From: the human T2T-CHM13v2.0 reference genome, Homo sapiens
Length of the DNA: 64,000 nucleotides
NCBI RefSeq assembly: GCF_009914755.1
Contig: NC_060941.1
Strand: one strand, 5' to 3'
Below, in pieces: positions 35,303-53,042 of this stretch. Within the stretch, counting starts at the first letter, position 1; each line of letters opens with the position of its first letter. The translations under genes were made by a program, and so were the position numbers. The notes under the pieces are model-generated. The model had not been told where the DNA came from, ran no database searches, and was given only the letters and a program-made list of their open reading frames with translations.

Positions 35303-37037
35303 CCTGGGGACCTGATACTTGTGACTAGCATCTGCGGTGAGGGCAGTCTTATGAGGAGGAGCCTTTCAACTTGCGGAGTCTAACACTAATTCCAGATAGT
35401 TAGTGTCAGAATTGATTTGAATGTTAGGATACCCGCTTGGGTATCATAGGAAAAAAAGAAGCCTTTCATAACTGTTGGATCAAATATGACAAACCAGAAA
35501 GTAGTGAAAAAGTCCAGGCATGGTGGCTTACGCCTGTAATCCCAGTCCTTTGGGAGGCCAAGGCAGGAGGATCACTTGAACCTACGAATTTGAGGCTTGC
35601 AGTGAGCTACGATTGTGCCACTGCACTCCACTCTGGGTGACAGAGCAAGACCCTGTCTCTAAAAAAAAAAAAAAAAAAAAAGTTAAAAGAAAAGCACTTC
35701 ATACCTGGACTTTTGGGATGTAGCTAACTTTGAACAGTGAAGAAAATTTATAGCCTCTAATGGCTGCATTGTTAAAAAAGAAAGACCAAAGATGAAGACA
35801 TTTAGTATAAAAATTTCTTTTAAAGAACAGCAAGATAAACTAAAAAATATAAAAATAAATTAGTAAAAATAAAGGCTGAAATTATTCAAACAGAAAAGAA
35901 AAAAATACATAAATATGTCGAAAAGCTGATTCTTTTAGAGATCAATTAAATAGACAACCTCTTCATGAGCCTGATTAGGAAAAGAGAGAGAGGTCCAACA
36001 CACAAGGTTGGAAGTGGGAAAGAGACATAACTGGGTATAGAACAGATTAAAATAATTATAAGAGAATACCACATATAAGGCAATGGCAGCACTCTTGGAG
36101 ACCTTTCTGGTAGTTAGCCAAATTATTATTGCCCAGTGGGTGATCTCTGTGCTCATCAGACCAGTCCTGGCAAGACTCACCCCAGGGACAGTGACAGGGA
36201 CAGACTGGGGTGCTCAGCCTACCTGCAGTGGCCCTGGGGCATGCTGGGAGAGAAAGGGGCACAGGGCTTACCCTAGGAGGAGAGGGCCCTGGAGAAGCCA
36301 TGGCAAAGCTGTGACCATGGGTGGGCAGAGCTGATCAGAGTCTGCAGATTTGAGCTGGGCATAAGAGGCTGTGGGATTTGGACACAGGGGCCATCCATAC
36401 TGTTACCAGAACGTGGAGAAGAGCCAGTAGGAATACTGGCTATGAAGCCAGATCCTTCCAGAAAGGGAGAAAGGAACAGGACTCTGTTGTGATGTGGAGG
36501 CTGACTAGGTGGAGTGAGGAGAAGGTCCCAGCAAGCAATTGTGCTTGTCTTTTTTGTGCCCGTAACCAGGAGGGAGACAGAGAAACCAGGTGCCCAGGAA
36601 ACCTTGATTGAAGGGTGCCAGGTAAGCCCTGTCCTTCCCACAGTGGCATTCAACAGCAAGGCCAGGACCTACCATTATCTTTCTGTGTGTAGAGTGGACA
36701 CAAGCACATATTTCTAAAGAGGACTAATGGATGATCTTTAGGTACTAACTTGTGACCCATTCATTGGAGGTCACTGGGTGTTTCTAGAAGTACTTTTGAT
36801 GTGACTGATCTTGGAGCAAAGCCTCAAATCACACCTTATTCTGTTCTTTCTATGTATCCAAATTTTACCACTTTTCAAGGGCTATCTCTTCTGGAACACT
36901 CTTCTGGAACACTCCAACCCTTCATTTACCAGCTTCTCCTTTTCCCCACATAATTTTTCTTATTATTCTTACGGTTTCTACCACATTACTTATCACTTGG
37001 TCCTTCTTGTATTTTTCTTTGACAATAAAAAAGGAGA

Positions 37038-37372
<335 letters not shown>

Positions 37373-37600
37373 TCATTTAAAAAAAATTAAACATACAGAT
37401 GGCTTTTCTTTAAAGACTTTTAAATTTTACAAGTTCTACATGTTTACTTCAGAAAAATGAGAAAATGCATGTAAACATGCAGCAGGAAATAAAGATCACT
37501 CATAATTTCACTATCCCAAAATAGTCACTGTTAACATTTGGATGTATATTGGTTTTGCTTCTTTTTTTTTAAAAAAAAAAAACAAAACAAGTAAGTACAG

Positions 37601-38019
37601 TGATACAGTTTGGGCCTGTGTCCCTACCCAAATCTCATGGTGAAATGTAATCCCTGATGCTGGAGGTGGGGCCTGGTAGGAGGTGATTGGATCATTGTGT
37701 AGGGGGCGGTTTCTCACAGTTTAACACCATCCCTCCTCCAGGTGCTGTTATTGTGATAGTGAGTTCTTGTGAAATGTGGTTGTTTAAAGGTGTGTGGCAC
37801 CTCCCTGCCCCTTCTCCCTCCCATTCTGGTTATGGGAGACATACCGGCTTCCCCTTCACCTTCTGCCATGATTGTAAGTTTTCTGAGGATTCTCCAGAAG
37901 CAGAAGCCGCGATGCTTCCTGCACAGCCTGCAGAACCGTAAGCCAGTTAAACCTCTTTTCTTTATAAATTAGTCAGTCTCAGATATTTCTTTACAGCAGT
38001 GTGAGAACAGACTAACACA
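37601..38019 (+). mobile_element. MST-type MaLR solo LTR
   Basis: tgatacagtttgg...actaacaca; TSD TACAG. Confidence 0.85.
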
Positions 38020-39544
38020 TACAGTGTTAATATACATGTAATTACATTCTTATAAAAGCAGATCATACTATACATATTGTCTTAAAACTCTGCTTTTCAT
38101 TTCTCAATAGACGATTGACATCTTTTTAGGTTAATAAATGAACCTGAGCATTCTTAATGGCTGTGTGACCATCCTTTGATGGACTTTGATGGGTGTTTCA
38201 TAACTTAGCCTATTGATTCTCCATTGTTGAATATTTTATTATAGCTTACGTTTCACTATGATGAACAGCTGAGAGGAGTATACATATATTAATAATTGAT
38301 TATGTAAGAATAAATTCCTAGAAATGAAACTGCTGGCTCTAAGGATATGCTCTTTTCTTAAAAAGGCTTTTGATACCTGTTGCTGAATTGTTTTCTTAAA
38401 GGTTTTGCTAGTTTACACTCCATTAGTGCCTTTTCCCTACATCCTTGCTAAAATAGGTATTTATTATTATTAAACAAATTGGACCTGTTTTGATGCTGAA
38501 CATGGCATCTCATTATTTTAATTTGCTTTTCTTTTATTACAAGAGATGTTGGACATCATCACTTTTTAATGTTTGTTGGCGATTCGTATTTTACGAATTT
38601 CTTGTGTGTATCATGTATCCGTTTCTTATTGATATGGTTATCTCTGTTCCTGAGTTTATATATGGGGACATCAGCTCTCGGATGGCTGTATATGACAAGT
38701 GCAGTGAAAACCCCGGGTACCATGTGGCATTGCTGAAAATCTAGACTTAAAGTGATTGGCTGTTGGCTTCCATTCTACATGCAGCCCCCAAGAGGGTAGG
38801 CTAAAGTTCTTATTTTCTGGAGTGTTGGGGGGATATATGGCAGGTGGACAGGCGGATGGGGTGGCTAGGGAGAAGATGGGGAATGGGGAGGCTGAGGATG
38901 AGTCAGGGCAACTAAACAGGCTGCCCATTCCTGGAACTGCTGCTTTCTTGGAAATTTGCAAGCCCCCAAATCCTCTTGATTTTAGACAGATAAGACAGCA
39001 GACAGCAGGTGGTGCCAAACTGCAGCTAGGGCATCGTGATTTAAAGCGTGCGGTCCACGTCTGGACTCTGTGGTCTGGCTGCACAGACTTCCCTTGGTGT
39101 TGGAGCAGGTTTTCACCATACTTCACTAAGTTTATTTTTTCTTTTGCTTCTTATTTCACGTTATTTTCTTGATATAAATCTGTCCTCCTTTTCCTTCATG
39201 ATGTTTTTGTTTTTGATGAAACAAGCCATCACCATTCCCCAAATACATAATTAAAAAAATTTAAAGTCTGTAAAAGTTTATTTTCTTTTATTTCTGCAAC
39301 TTCTGTAGAATTTATTTTGGTGTGTGTGATATAACTATTCAACACCCTCCTTAGCCTCATCCCCATCCCGGCTCCTACCCCTTAGTTAACTAGTTATTTC
39401 AGCAGCCTTTATTGAATAATCTACTTGTCCACAACTGATTTGAAAATGTCATTCTTATATACTGATGGCCCTTTTTCTGGGGTGTTCATGCCTGTGTCAG
39501 TGGCACATTGTTCTAATTGCTGTAAAGAATACTTTTTTTTTTTT

Positions 39545-40222
<678 letters not shown>

Positions 40223-40459
40223 TGAGCCTCCGCACCCAGCCCTGATTCCTCTTTTTAAAAACACTTGAAGTCTTCATTTTCATTTGTATTAGCACTGTCT
40301 TTACAGGTAGAGTGTAGGTTTTTAAGCCTGGGCACCATCTTAATATGTATGTATTTTTGACACAAGAAAGCTGGAAAACTGCAGCCCTATCAGATATTTC
40401 ATAATTTTTTTGGAGTGGTTTTGGACTATATGAAATAATAGATTTCAAGAGTCAGTGTG

Positions 40460-41530
<1,071 letters not shown>

Positions 41531-42228
41531 AACAAGTCAGCGAAACAAAAGGACAAAGATTGATGTAGTTGATTTGCAACAGGCAAAAAGTTTATCGACA
41601 CAGAATGATTAAGAAGGAAAACACATTTTGCAATTTAAAGACAAAACCGAACCAATAAGACAAAAGAATCTGAGAAAGGATTACAGGAGTAGCTGCAGCT
41701 CTGTGGCCGCAGGTTTGTTGCAGTGCTTCAGCACGCCTTTGTTAGGTGTCATCATTTACATCCTGGGGACAGGACTCAGCTGCCTGCATCTTACTCTTGA
41801 ATTTTACATCAGAAACAGTGTTGAGATGAAATTAGTTGGTCATTATCCGTCACCAGCCTGGTTCCTCTGCTTTTATGTGAATCTAAAACAGAAATAGGGA
41901 GAATTTTAGAACTGGAAATGTAAAGGTTGGTTCACAAGTCATGCTTTAAAGTGAATGACTGTAGCCCAGATTTTTGGGGGTAAGGAAAGCACATTTTATT
42001 CATGATGGATGCTCATTAAATAAGCAGAAAGTATTACTTTAAAAAGCGACTCTTCCCCTCGATTGAGCTGTGTTGGTTATTCCTTTGGAGTCCACAGAGA
42101 ATCATCCTTTAGATTCAGCTTCTCTGGCCTCAGAACTGTTGACAAATAAAAGAAATGATTGTTGTCAGTTACTTCTCTTTGGCCAAAAACTGTAAAGAAG
42201 CAGACATATTTTCTTTCTGAATGGAACG

Positions 42229-43035
<807 letters not shown>

Positions 43036-43043
43036 AGAAATGA

Positions 43044-43231
43044 CTGCAATTATCTAGGAGATACAAAAAAAACTAATGAACACTTTAAGGAATAACATGT
43101 AATTTCTTATTTACATTCAATTATCAAGATATAGATGCAGAAAAATTTTAAAGGAACTAACGCCCAGTGTCAATTACATTCTAAATAAATCTAGAGTGAT
43201 ACCATGGAAAGTTGTTTTTTTTTTCTTTTCT
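43044..43231 (+). repeat. Local duplicate of 45401-45581 (pseudogene intron 1 3' end / exon 2 start)
   Basis: Shared blocks such as aattacattctaaataaatctagagtga and catggaaagtt. Confidence 0.85.
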
Positions 43232-44814
43232 ATTTTCTACTAGCTTTTCAGATTGTACTTGATTTGAAACTTGCTAAAACTGTAAATCTCAGTCTCTGAA
43301 TAAAAAACAATTTCTTCATTTTTAAGAAAGTGATTTTAACAACAAAATCATGGTATCGGTGACTCACCCTCCCTCTCCACCGAGCAGGCGGTGGTAGGTC
43401 TCGATCTCCACCTCCAGGCGTGTCTTGATGTCCTGCAGTTGTGCATACTCTGTGTTCTGGTATTCAGTCTCGCCCCGGATCTGGCAGATCTGCTCCTCCA
43501 GGATGCTGATATACATCTTAATTTCTGACAGCTGAGCCACGTAGCCAGCTTCTGTGTCAGCCAGGGTTCCTTCTGGGGAGCTTTGCTACAAATGCCCATG
43601 AAAATTGAAGCATTGTCAGAATAACTGCTCAGTATTCAACATATGAACCCTGAAACATATATTTTGTATGGTGAGGGTGTCTCCAAATGAACCACTTAAT
43701 AGAGATTTACCTTTGATAATTAATACCGAATAATAGTAATGATAGCAAATATTAATCAGAGAGTACTACTGTAACCATATAGCAATTCCTACTCACTATT
43801 AGGCACTGTTCAAGTATTTTATAAATATTGACTCATGTAATTCTCATAACAACCTTATGAGATAGGTACTATTATTCCCATTTACAAAAGCCAACATTTT
43901 GCTAGCTTGCTTCAAACAGTGTCTGCAAAACAATTTTTTAAAACTATAGAAGAAAATTGAGTGAGTGCCCCTTTCCCACCTACCATGGCCAAGACAGACT
44001 GCAGTTCATGCTGGAGGGACTGGAGGACTTGTTTCAGCTCCATTATCTCACTCTTGGCCGAGCTAACTGCTTCAGCATCCGTGGAGATCTGTGTCTGCAA
44101 GGATGCACTCTGCAAGCATGAAATCAACAAAGTACAGTGAAATCAAAGAAGCTCCAAGCACTCTGCCTGGCTTTCTATCTTCTCTCACTTTGCCAGGTTA
44201 GGGTTCATGTTAGGATTAGGGTTGAGCTACCTGCTTGTTGAACCACTCCTCGGCCTCCCTAAGGTTTTGCTCAGCCAGTTCCTCTTACTGTTTTGCCTCA
44301 TGCAGTTCAGCCGCTTGGTTAGATCTGCCCCTGGGGCCGAGTTCATTTCTACAGTCACGTCCCCACTGGACTGTCTCGGCAAAGTACTCATTTCTTGGCG
44401 GAGAAGAAACGCAAAAGTCACAGTAGCAAAAATCCTTTGAGGTTGGGGACCTTGCTGAATGGTGATGGTGATGGGAAGTCCCTTGATGGATTTATTTCTC
44501 CTATCTCCTTGGGGTTGTTCTGGAGATATGCCAGGTCTTCTGCTAGGCTTTCGGACTGTATTTTAAGGTGCCATGTGGTCACATTCAGCTCACTGAGTAC
44601 TTTTTGCAGATCATTTACATAGGTTTCAACTGACTGGCATTAGATAGAGCTCGTTTTCATACCTTAGGAGATCTTTGGAATATGATGTATGAATTAGATT
44701 AACTACTTTGAGAAGCTTTATTTTAAAAAGGACTTGTCCACTGACATCCAGCTCAAGTTGAAATTCTTTTGAAATATTTAAACAAAGACTATGAAATCAT
44801 TTTTATTTCTTAAT

Positions 44815-45111
<297 letters not shown>

Positions 45112-47379
45112 TGAAATCATTTTTAAAAATTCCAATTTTGGAATCTCTTGTCATTAAATATACATTAAAATTGGCCTTTTTTCCTTCAGTGTAGATATTT
45201 TACACTAATATATTACATTTATCTGATACTTGGATCTAATTGCCTTTATATACATTTTATGTTAAAAGTAAAAACATAAGTCTTATTTTTTGTCATGGTA
45301 ACAACTGATATTTTGAAACAAACTCACTTCATTTTGAAGTCATCTGCTGCAAGTCCAGCACTGTCAATTGGGGAAGTCATGCTGGCATTATTAATCGTGG
45401 CTGCAATGATCTAGGAGATGCAATAAAACTCATGAACATTTTAATGAGTAACATGTCATTACTGATTTACCTTTGACTGTCAAGATATAGTTGCAGAAAA
45501 TTTTTTTAGTAACTAATGTCCGTGTGAATTACATTCTAAATAAATCTAGAGTGACATCATGGAAAGTTTTTTGTTTCTTTTCTCTCTCTCTCTCTCTTTT
45601 TACCAAATATATATCTGAAACATTCTGCATGGAACAATTGAGCAAAAAATAAAAGAACAATTTCACATTGTCTTCAAATTTAATAAATAAGTACAAAAGA
45701 GGTACCATCATTGAGTTTCTCACCTGGTCCCTGAGATCTTCAATTATTGGATAGTATTTGCTGCAATCTCTTCTAGATCCACCGTCTCCAGACCCAGGCC
45801 CAAATTTGTCACACTACTCCTTGATTTTGTGTTGGCCTCTTCTAGGGCTCTGACATTGTCTAGGTAATTGGCTAGGCCGTCATTGAGGTTCTGCATGGTT
45901 TGCTTTTCCCCTCCAGAGAAAAGCCCCCCGTTGCCACCACCACCTCCCATGCAACCACCATACTGCAGAAGCCTCCACTAGCACCACCGCCTAATCCAGA
46001 ACTTCCACAGAATCCAGAGATCCTGCCGAAGCTAGAACCACCTCCTACAGAGCATTTATCAAAGCCCCCACTAAAGCTACCTCCAAAGCCACTGCTAGAC
46101 ATCCCCACTCAGGCCATAGCTGTCGGCTCCTCTTTGGAAGCCCCGGGCAGAGCCGCCCCCCAGACCACATCTGCCTCTACTGCTGAAGCTGCTTCCACCA
46201 GCAGACAGCCTGGCCAAGCTGCTGCCTCCAGCCCTGGAGGAGGAGACACAGGAAGAGCAAGACATGATGCTCCTGCAAACGTTGAGCTTATCTAGGTGTG
46301 AGAGATGGAAGTGAAAAGCACACCGATTTGAACTCCTTGGTCTTTATGTACACAGGTTTTAGGGCATTCATTTTCATTTGGCTCTGTCCTTGTTTCACGT
46401 TTCCAACCTATTCTGAGTTAATTTATTTTGAGTTAACCCCTCCCCGTTGGGCCAAATAATATTTGAAAAATTGGGTAAACATGGAGTAAGATTAGATTTG
46501 TTATTATTTCATTAGAATTCATTAGTGCTGTACAATCCATTACTTCCTGGCTATCATTTTTTCACCTTCCTAGACCTTTGTAGTTGGCAAATCATACATT
46601 TCTCTAGGTCCATTAAACTCATGCATTTTTCCTTTGTGATTCTGGGAAGATTATTAAACCAGATTCCAGTGTTAGTCACAATTCAAATACTCAGAAGTGA
46701 TTTGTCAGGAAATATTTCTTTCTTTTTTAACCCAGTAATAATGATGAGTAGCTTCATATTCCCTTAACAATTTTTGGGAACAAATTGAGCATTGTAACTA
46801 TTCTTGCAGAAAGAAAGCCTGACTTTGCTAATTTATGAGGATTAGCTTGGAGAGCACACTTCGTTGATAAGGGTGGGGTTGTTAGTAAAGTGTCATGGGA
46901 TTCTTCTGTGCAAGACTTTTGAGCAATAATAATGTTTCTTTTTAGCCTCCTGATTCAGCAGCCAAAGGAATTGTTCCTCTTACTTAAATCCATTAGTTTT
47001 GGCCTACTCCTAAGGATTTTAAAAACATTATTCAGATTTCATAGCCATAGTTTTCATTAAAAAAATTCAAAGATAAGAGCCCACTTTCCTCATTAATTAT
47101 GGATGTCTACAATATTTTATTTTACTCTGAAGAGGTAAGCCTATAATATTTACCTCTGTCAGCTACATAGGTGAAAAGGTGATTTCAATGTTTTAAATGG
47201 AATACTATAGAAAATTGAATTTATTGAGGTGGATAACAAGTGCCTACACTATGCGTGTCTTGGGTTTTCCTGCATATTACTGATGGAAGGACCCAACAAC
47301 CCTGTGTGGTAGGCACATCTTCTCTCCCTCTCTCTCTCTTTTTAAATCTATTTTCAGTTTTTAGATGGTCTTTTCCAAT

Positions 47380-48620
<1,241 letters not shown>

Positions 48621-48780
48621 GAGGGAATTAATGAATAATTAAGTAGAAGCTGTGACAGACACATAGATGACAGACATAGAGATGCTCAGATCTCCTTTCA
48701 AGAAAGGACTCTCTGCCAGCTGCGAGGGTTATTCATTCCTGCAGGGTTCCCTGGTCCCTATTCTTGCAACTAACCCTGGC

Positions 48781-49153
48781 TTATATGGTTTGGCTGTGTC
48801 CCCACCCAAATCTCATCTTGAATTGTAGTTCCCATAATCCCCACGTGTCATGGGAGGGACTCAGTGGGAGGTGATTTAATCATGGGGGCCGTTATCCTCA
48901 TGCTGTTCTTGTGATGGTGAGTGAGTTCTCATGAGATCTGACGGTTTTATATGAGGCTTTTCCCCCTTTTGCTCAGCACTTCTTGCTGCTGCCATGTGAA
49001 GAAGGACATGTTTGCTTCCCATTCCACCAAGATTGTGAGTTTCCTGAGGTCTCCCCAGCCATGCTGAACTGTGAGTCAATTAAATCTCTTTCCTTTATAA
49101 ATTACCCAGTCTCAGGTACGTCTTTATCAGCAGGATGAGAGTGGACCACTACA
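48781..49153 (+). mobile_element. THE1-type MaLR solo LTR
   Basis: tatggtttggctgtgtccccacccaaatctc; TSD CTGGC. Confidence 0.85.
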
Positions 49154-49279
49154 CTGGCCAATGACTCAGCAAGACAGTGGTAGCCAAGGGCATCCTCTTC
49201 TTGGGGTGGCCACAAGCCAGTATCTGACTAAGGGGTTTGAACAGGGCTTAGCCATTTTTACAACACAAGGCTTCACTAA

Positions 49280-51100
49280 CACTTGATATATCATCAGGAG
49301 CCACTGGACCCAATTTAATTTTTGACTGTCTTTTTAAAGCAGTTCTAACTATTTGTAAAGACTGATATTTTGTGACTTATAGTCTTATTAGTCTTCCAAA
49401 GAACAAAGAGAAAATTTACTTATTTTTTAAAAAATAGAATAAAGTTTATTATCTTATAATTGCCATAAGGATTCCCTGGATCCTTTCATAAATCTAAGAC
49501 ACATTTATGGGACCTTAATGGTTTCATTTTTTTCTATATCTTGAAACATTTTGCTATTTCATTATCCTAAAAGTTATTTCATCTTCACTCATCAGTTATT
49601 CCTAACTATACTAAAAAAGGCTAAAATAAGAAAATGAAAGAATGATGGAATTGCCTGGAAGGATGATACAACAATGAAATAAATCATCATTATTCCATCA
49701 TCAGTTTTCTCAATACACTGCCCAAAGTATTATTTCACTTTTCAAGAAGGTATAAGAGAAGTATGGTGATACCAGCTTTGAGTCTCTCTTTTTTTAAATT
49801 ATAACTGAACAATATTGAAAATTTAGTTTTAGAATTTCTGCCCGTAATGGCAAAGAGAAGAAAATTGAGGAATATGTTTGACGATTTTTAGAAAAATCAG
49901 AAAATGACGCATAAGAGAGATAGCAACACTTTAGACTCTAAAGAGAATGGTGAAGTTGATTGCTTAAGCAGATCTTGGACTATGAATGTCCAGATGATGA
50001 TATTCTAGAATAATTTTCTCTATATCAAGATTTAAAGGGTAATTTATTTATGGTTTGGCTGTGTCCCCACCCAAATCTCATCTTGAATTGTGGCTCCAAT
50101 AATCCCCACATGTCATGGGAGGTACCTGGTGGGAGGTAATTGAATCATGGGGGCAGTTTTTCCCCTTGCTGTTCTTGTGATAGTGAATAAATCTCATGAG
50201 ATCTGAGGGTTTTATAAGGTGCAGTTCCCTGCACACTCTCCCTTGCCTGCCGCCACGTAAGATGTGCCTTTGCTCCTCCTTCACCTTCTACCATGATTGT
50301 GAGGCTTCCCTAGCCATGTGGAACTGTGAGTCCATTAAACCTCTTTTTAAAAATAAATTACCCAGTCTCTTGTATGTCTTTACTAGCTTGAGAACAGACT
50401 AATACATCATCTATACTCATTCGACAGAAATAATTTCATCATACAATATTTTGCCACAAGCTCCTGGGCCATTCCATTTTGCTGAAAGAAGGTGGACAGT
50501 ATTCTTTCATCTTTTATGATGTTTGTTCCAAAATTTATGAGATATGATTTGCAAGTGCACAGGTGTTAAAGGCAGGTGTGTATACAAAGGTTGATTGGGA
50601 GGAAATAGGTAATGTAGAAATAAAAAACATTAGATTGATTATACAATTGATATTTATAAATGAAAATGTTTTGCAATTATGGAGCAAAGAGGGTGGCTCC
50701 TCTCTTAAAAAATCTTGTGAGCTATTAAAGTTCCCAAACTTATTGCATTTTGTAGCTGCAAGTGCAAGAGTTGAAAGTAATGATGAACTAGAACCTATTA
50801 CAGATGCATTTGAAATCTGGAATCCATAAATACAGAATGGGTATGTTCCAGGGGCATGCATGACATGCATTCAAAGATGTTGCCCATTTTAGGTATATAT
50901 ACTTCCAAACCACAAAATTATAGAATAAAAATTTGGGTTTTCTATGTTTTAGTTTATCTTAACATTTTAAATAAATTAGTTTTGTGCTATCTTTTATATC
51001 TTCTGTATATTATTTGTAAAAGTCACTTGAAATTATAAAAAAATAAAATGGGCCTATCTGATGCAGTTGATAAATGGTGATGACTTATTTTTGGGGCATG
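49280..51100 (+). mobile_element. Decayed piggyBac-type DNA transposon (Looper-like), interrupted by a MaLR LTR
   Basis: Translated remnants NENVLQLWSKE, NDELEPITDAFEIWN, GYVPGACMT, SKPQNYRIKIW resemble piggyBac transposase motifs; ends approximate. Confidence 0.7.
50046..50406 (+). mobile_element. THE1-type MaLR solo LTR inside the piggyBac-like element
   Basis: tatggtttggctgtgtccccaccc...gactaataca. Confidence 0.85.
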
Positions 51101-52510
51101 CTAGGGGCCAATGGGCAATCTTTGTTCCAGAACTCTCACGGGGCTGACAGAGACTTTGGTCTGCATCAGTCTGCTAACTATCCTGCAAAAGACTAAAACC
51201 CTGCCTGGTCTTGCTTTCTCCCTTTTCCTTTCATAAGTATTACTCCTTAGGATAACTTTTGATCCTCAAACTCAGTCTCAGCATCTACTCACTGAGAGTC
51301 AACCTGCAACAAAACTTAAAGAAATGAAGTGACTTTCCCAGGGCCAGATATCTGGGAAGTGTTGGAACTGAGATTCCAACTCAGGTCTATGCACTCATAT
51401 TATTTGCAGAAGTCTGCCTGGATTTAGGGTCAGAACTAGTAGAGTCCTCTAGTGGTAGAACTCTACTAGTTACCAAGAAGCCTTAACTTCATCTAGAAAC
51501 TTCGATTTCTTGAGCCATAGTTTTTTCACCTGTAAAATTAAGGATAATAGTTCCTGCCCTACACATGGCATAGGATTATCACATCAAATGGAGAGCGCAG
51601 AGCACTCTGTAAATTGTAATTCCATATTCAAGCATAAGGTTTGATCATTTTTATTGCTGTTTTCTTGCATTTGTACTGTATTAGTTATTCCATAAGACCA
51701 TATGTTTCTAAACCGGGAGGTCAGCCTAACTTCATCTATTGAAAGGTCCGTCATAGTCCTCACCATTTTTCTATGTACATTTGGTGTTCCATTTGATGTC
51801 TTTTCTAAGGGGTTTATCTTTGAAATTTTTATATATAATTATTTACAAAAAAAGATGTAGACCCTATCTATGGATTCTTTCTGATTTAAGTTTGAGGTTG
51901 TATTCAGCTGCTCTCACATACCTTAGCTATTAGGGATTGTAGCTCAGTGTCATGGGTGTGAAGAATACGTTTTTCAGTTTCATGATCTCATATCTTGCTG
52001 CTTCAGTGGAGAACTGAGCTGGCCATGACTTACTCTGAGCTATAACATCTTGGCAAAACAGAGCTCTGAAATATACCCCTATTTTATTTATACTTATATA
52101 TTTGACTAGCTACTCTATTAATTGAATTGTTCTTTAGCTTCTTAATAGTTTTGCTTGACAAAAATGTTGCGTTACGTTTATCAACATTCAAATATTAAGA
52201 CCGGTCGGCAGCTGGGGCAGCATTCCTTACAGTAATTATATGACTACTAGACTATTCCGCAATCTCATTGCCTAATCAAAAGGAACAGAAAAGATTACAT
52301 TAAAACAGGAAAAATCTATACTTCTATTTTCTCTGATTTTTTTTTTCTTCCTAAAACAAACCCTGAAGAAAATGATTGTTTTGGAGGAGAGGTGGAAAAG
52401 CATTGAGGCGTGATTCCCTTCTGTGGTGAGTCACTTTCTTCAGTTTGGTTTCATATTCATTTCCAGGCCAGCAGTTGTGAAAGTTTTCAGGGCATTGCCT
52501 GTGTCGTTGA

Positions 52511-53042
<532 letters not shown>

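Larger units (their letters stand above)
33900..35440 (+). mobile_element. MER21-like LTR hosting two nested insertions
   Basis: MER21-like segments resume after each insert. Confidence 0.65.

Noticed and set aside
43368-44109. Open exons 5-6 of the pseudogene as a KRT222-like truncated gene
   Set aside because: No promoter or upstream exon evidence; exons 3-4 are broken and the probable exon 7 has a TGA.
45900-46295. 131-aa Pro-rich plus-strand ORF (also 27599-27784)
   Set aside because: Antisense mirror of Gly/Ser codons in keratin exon 1.
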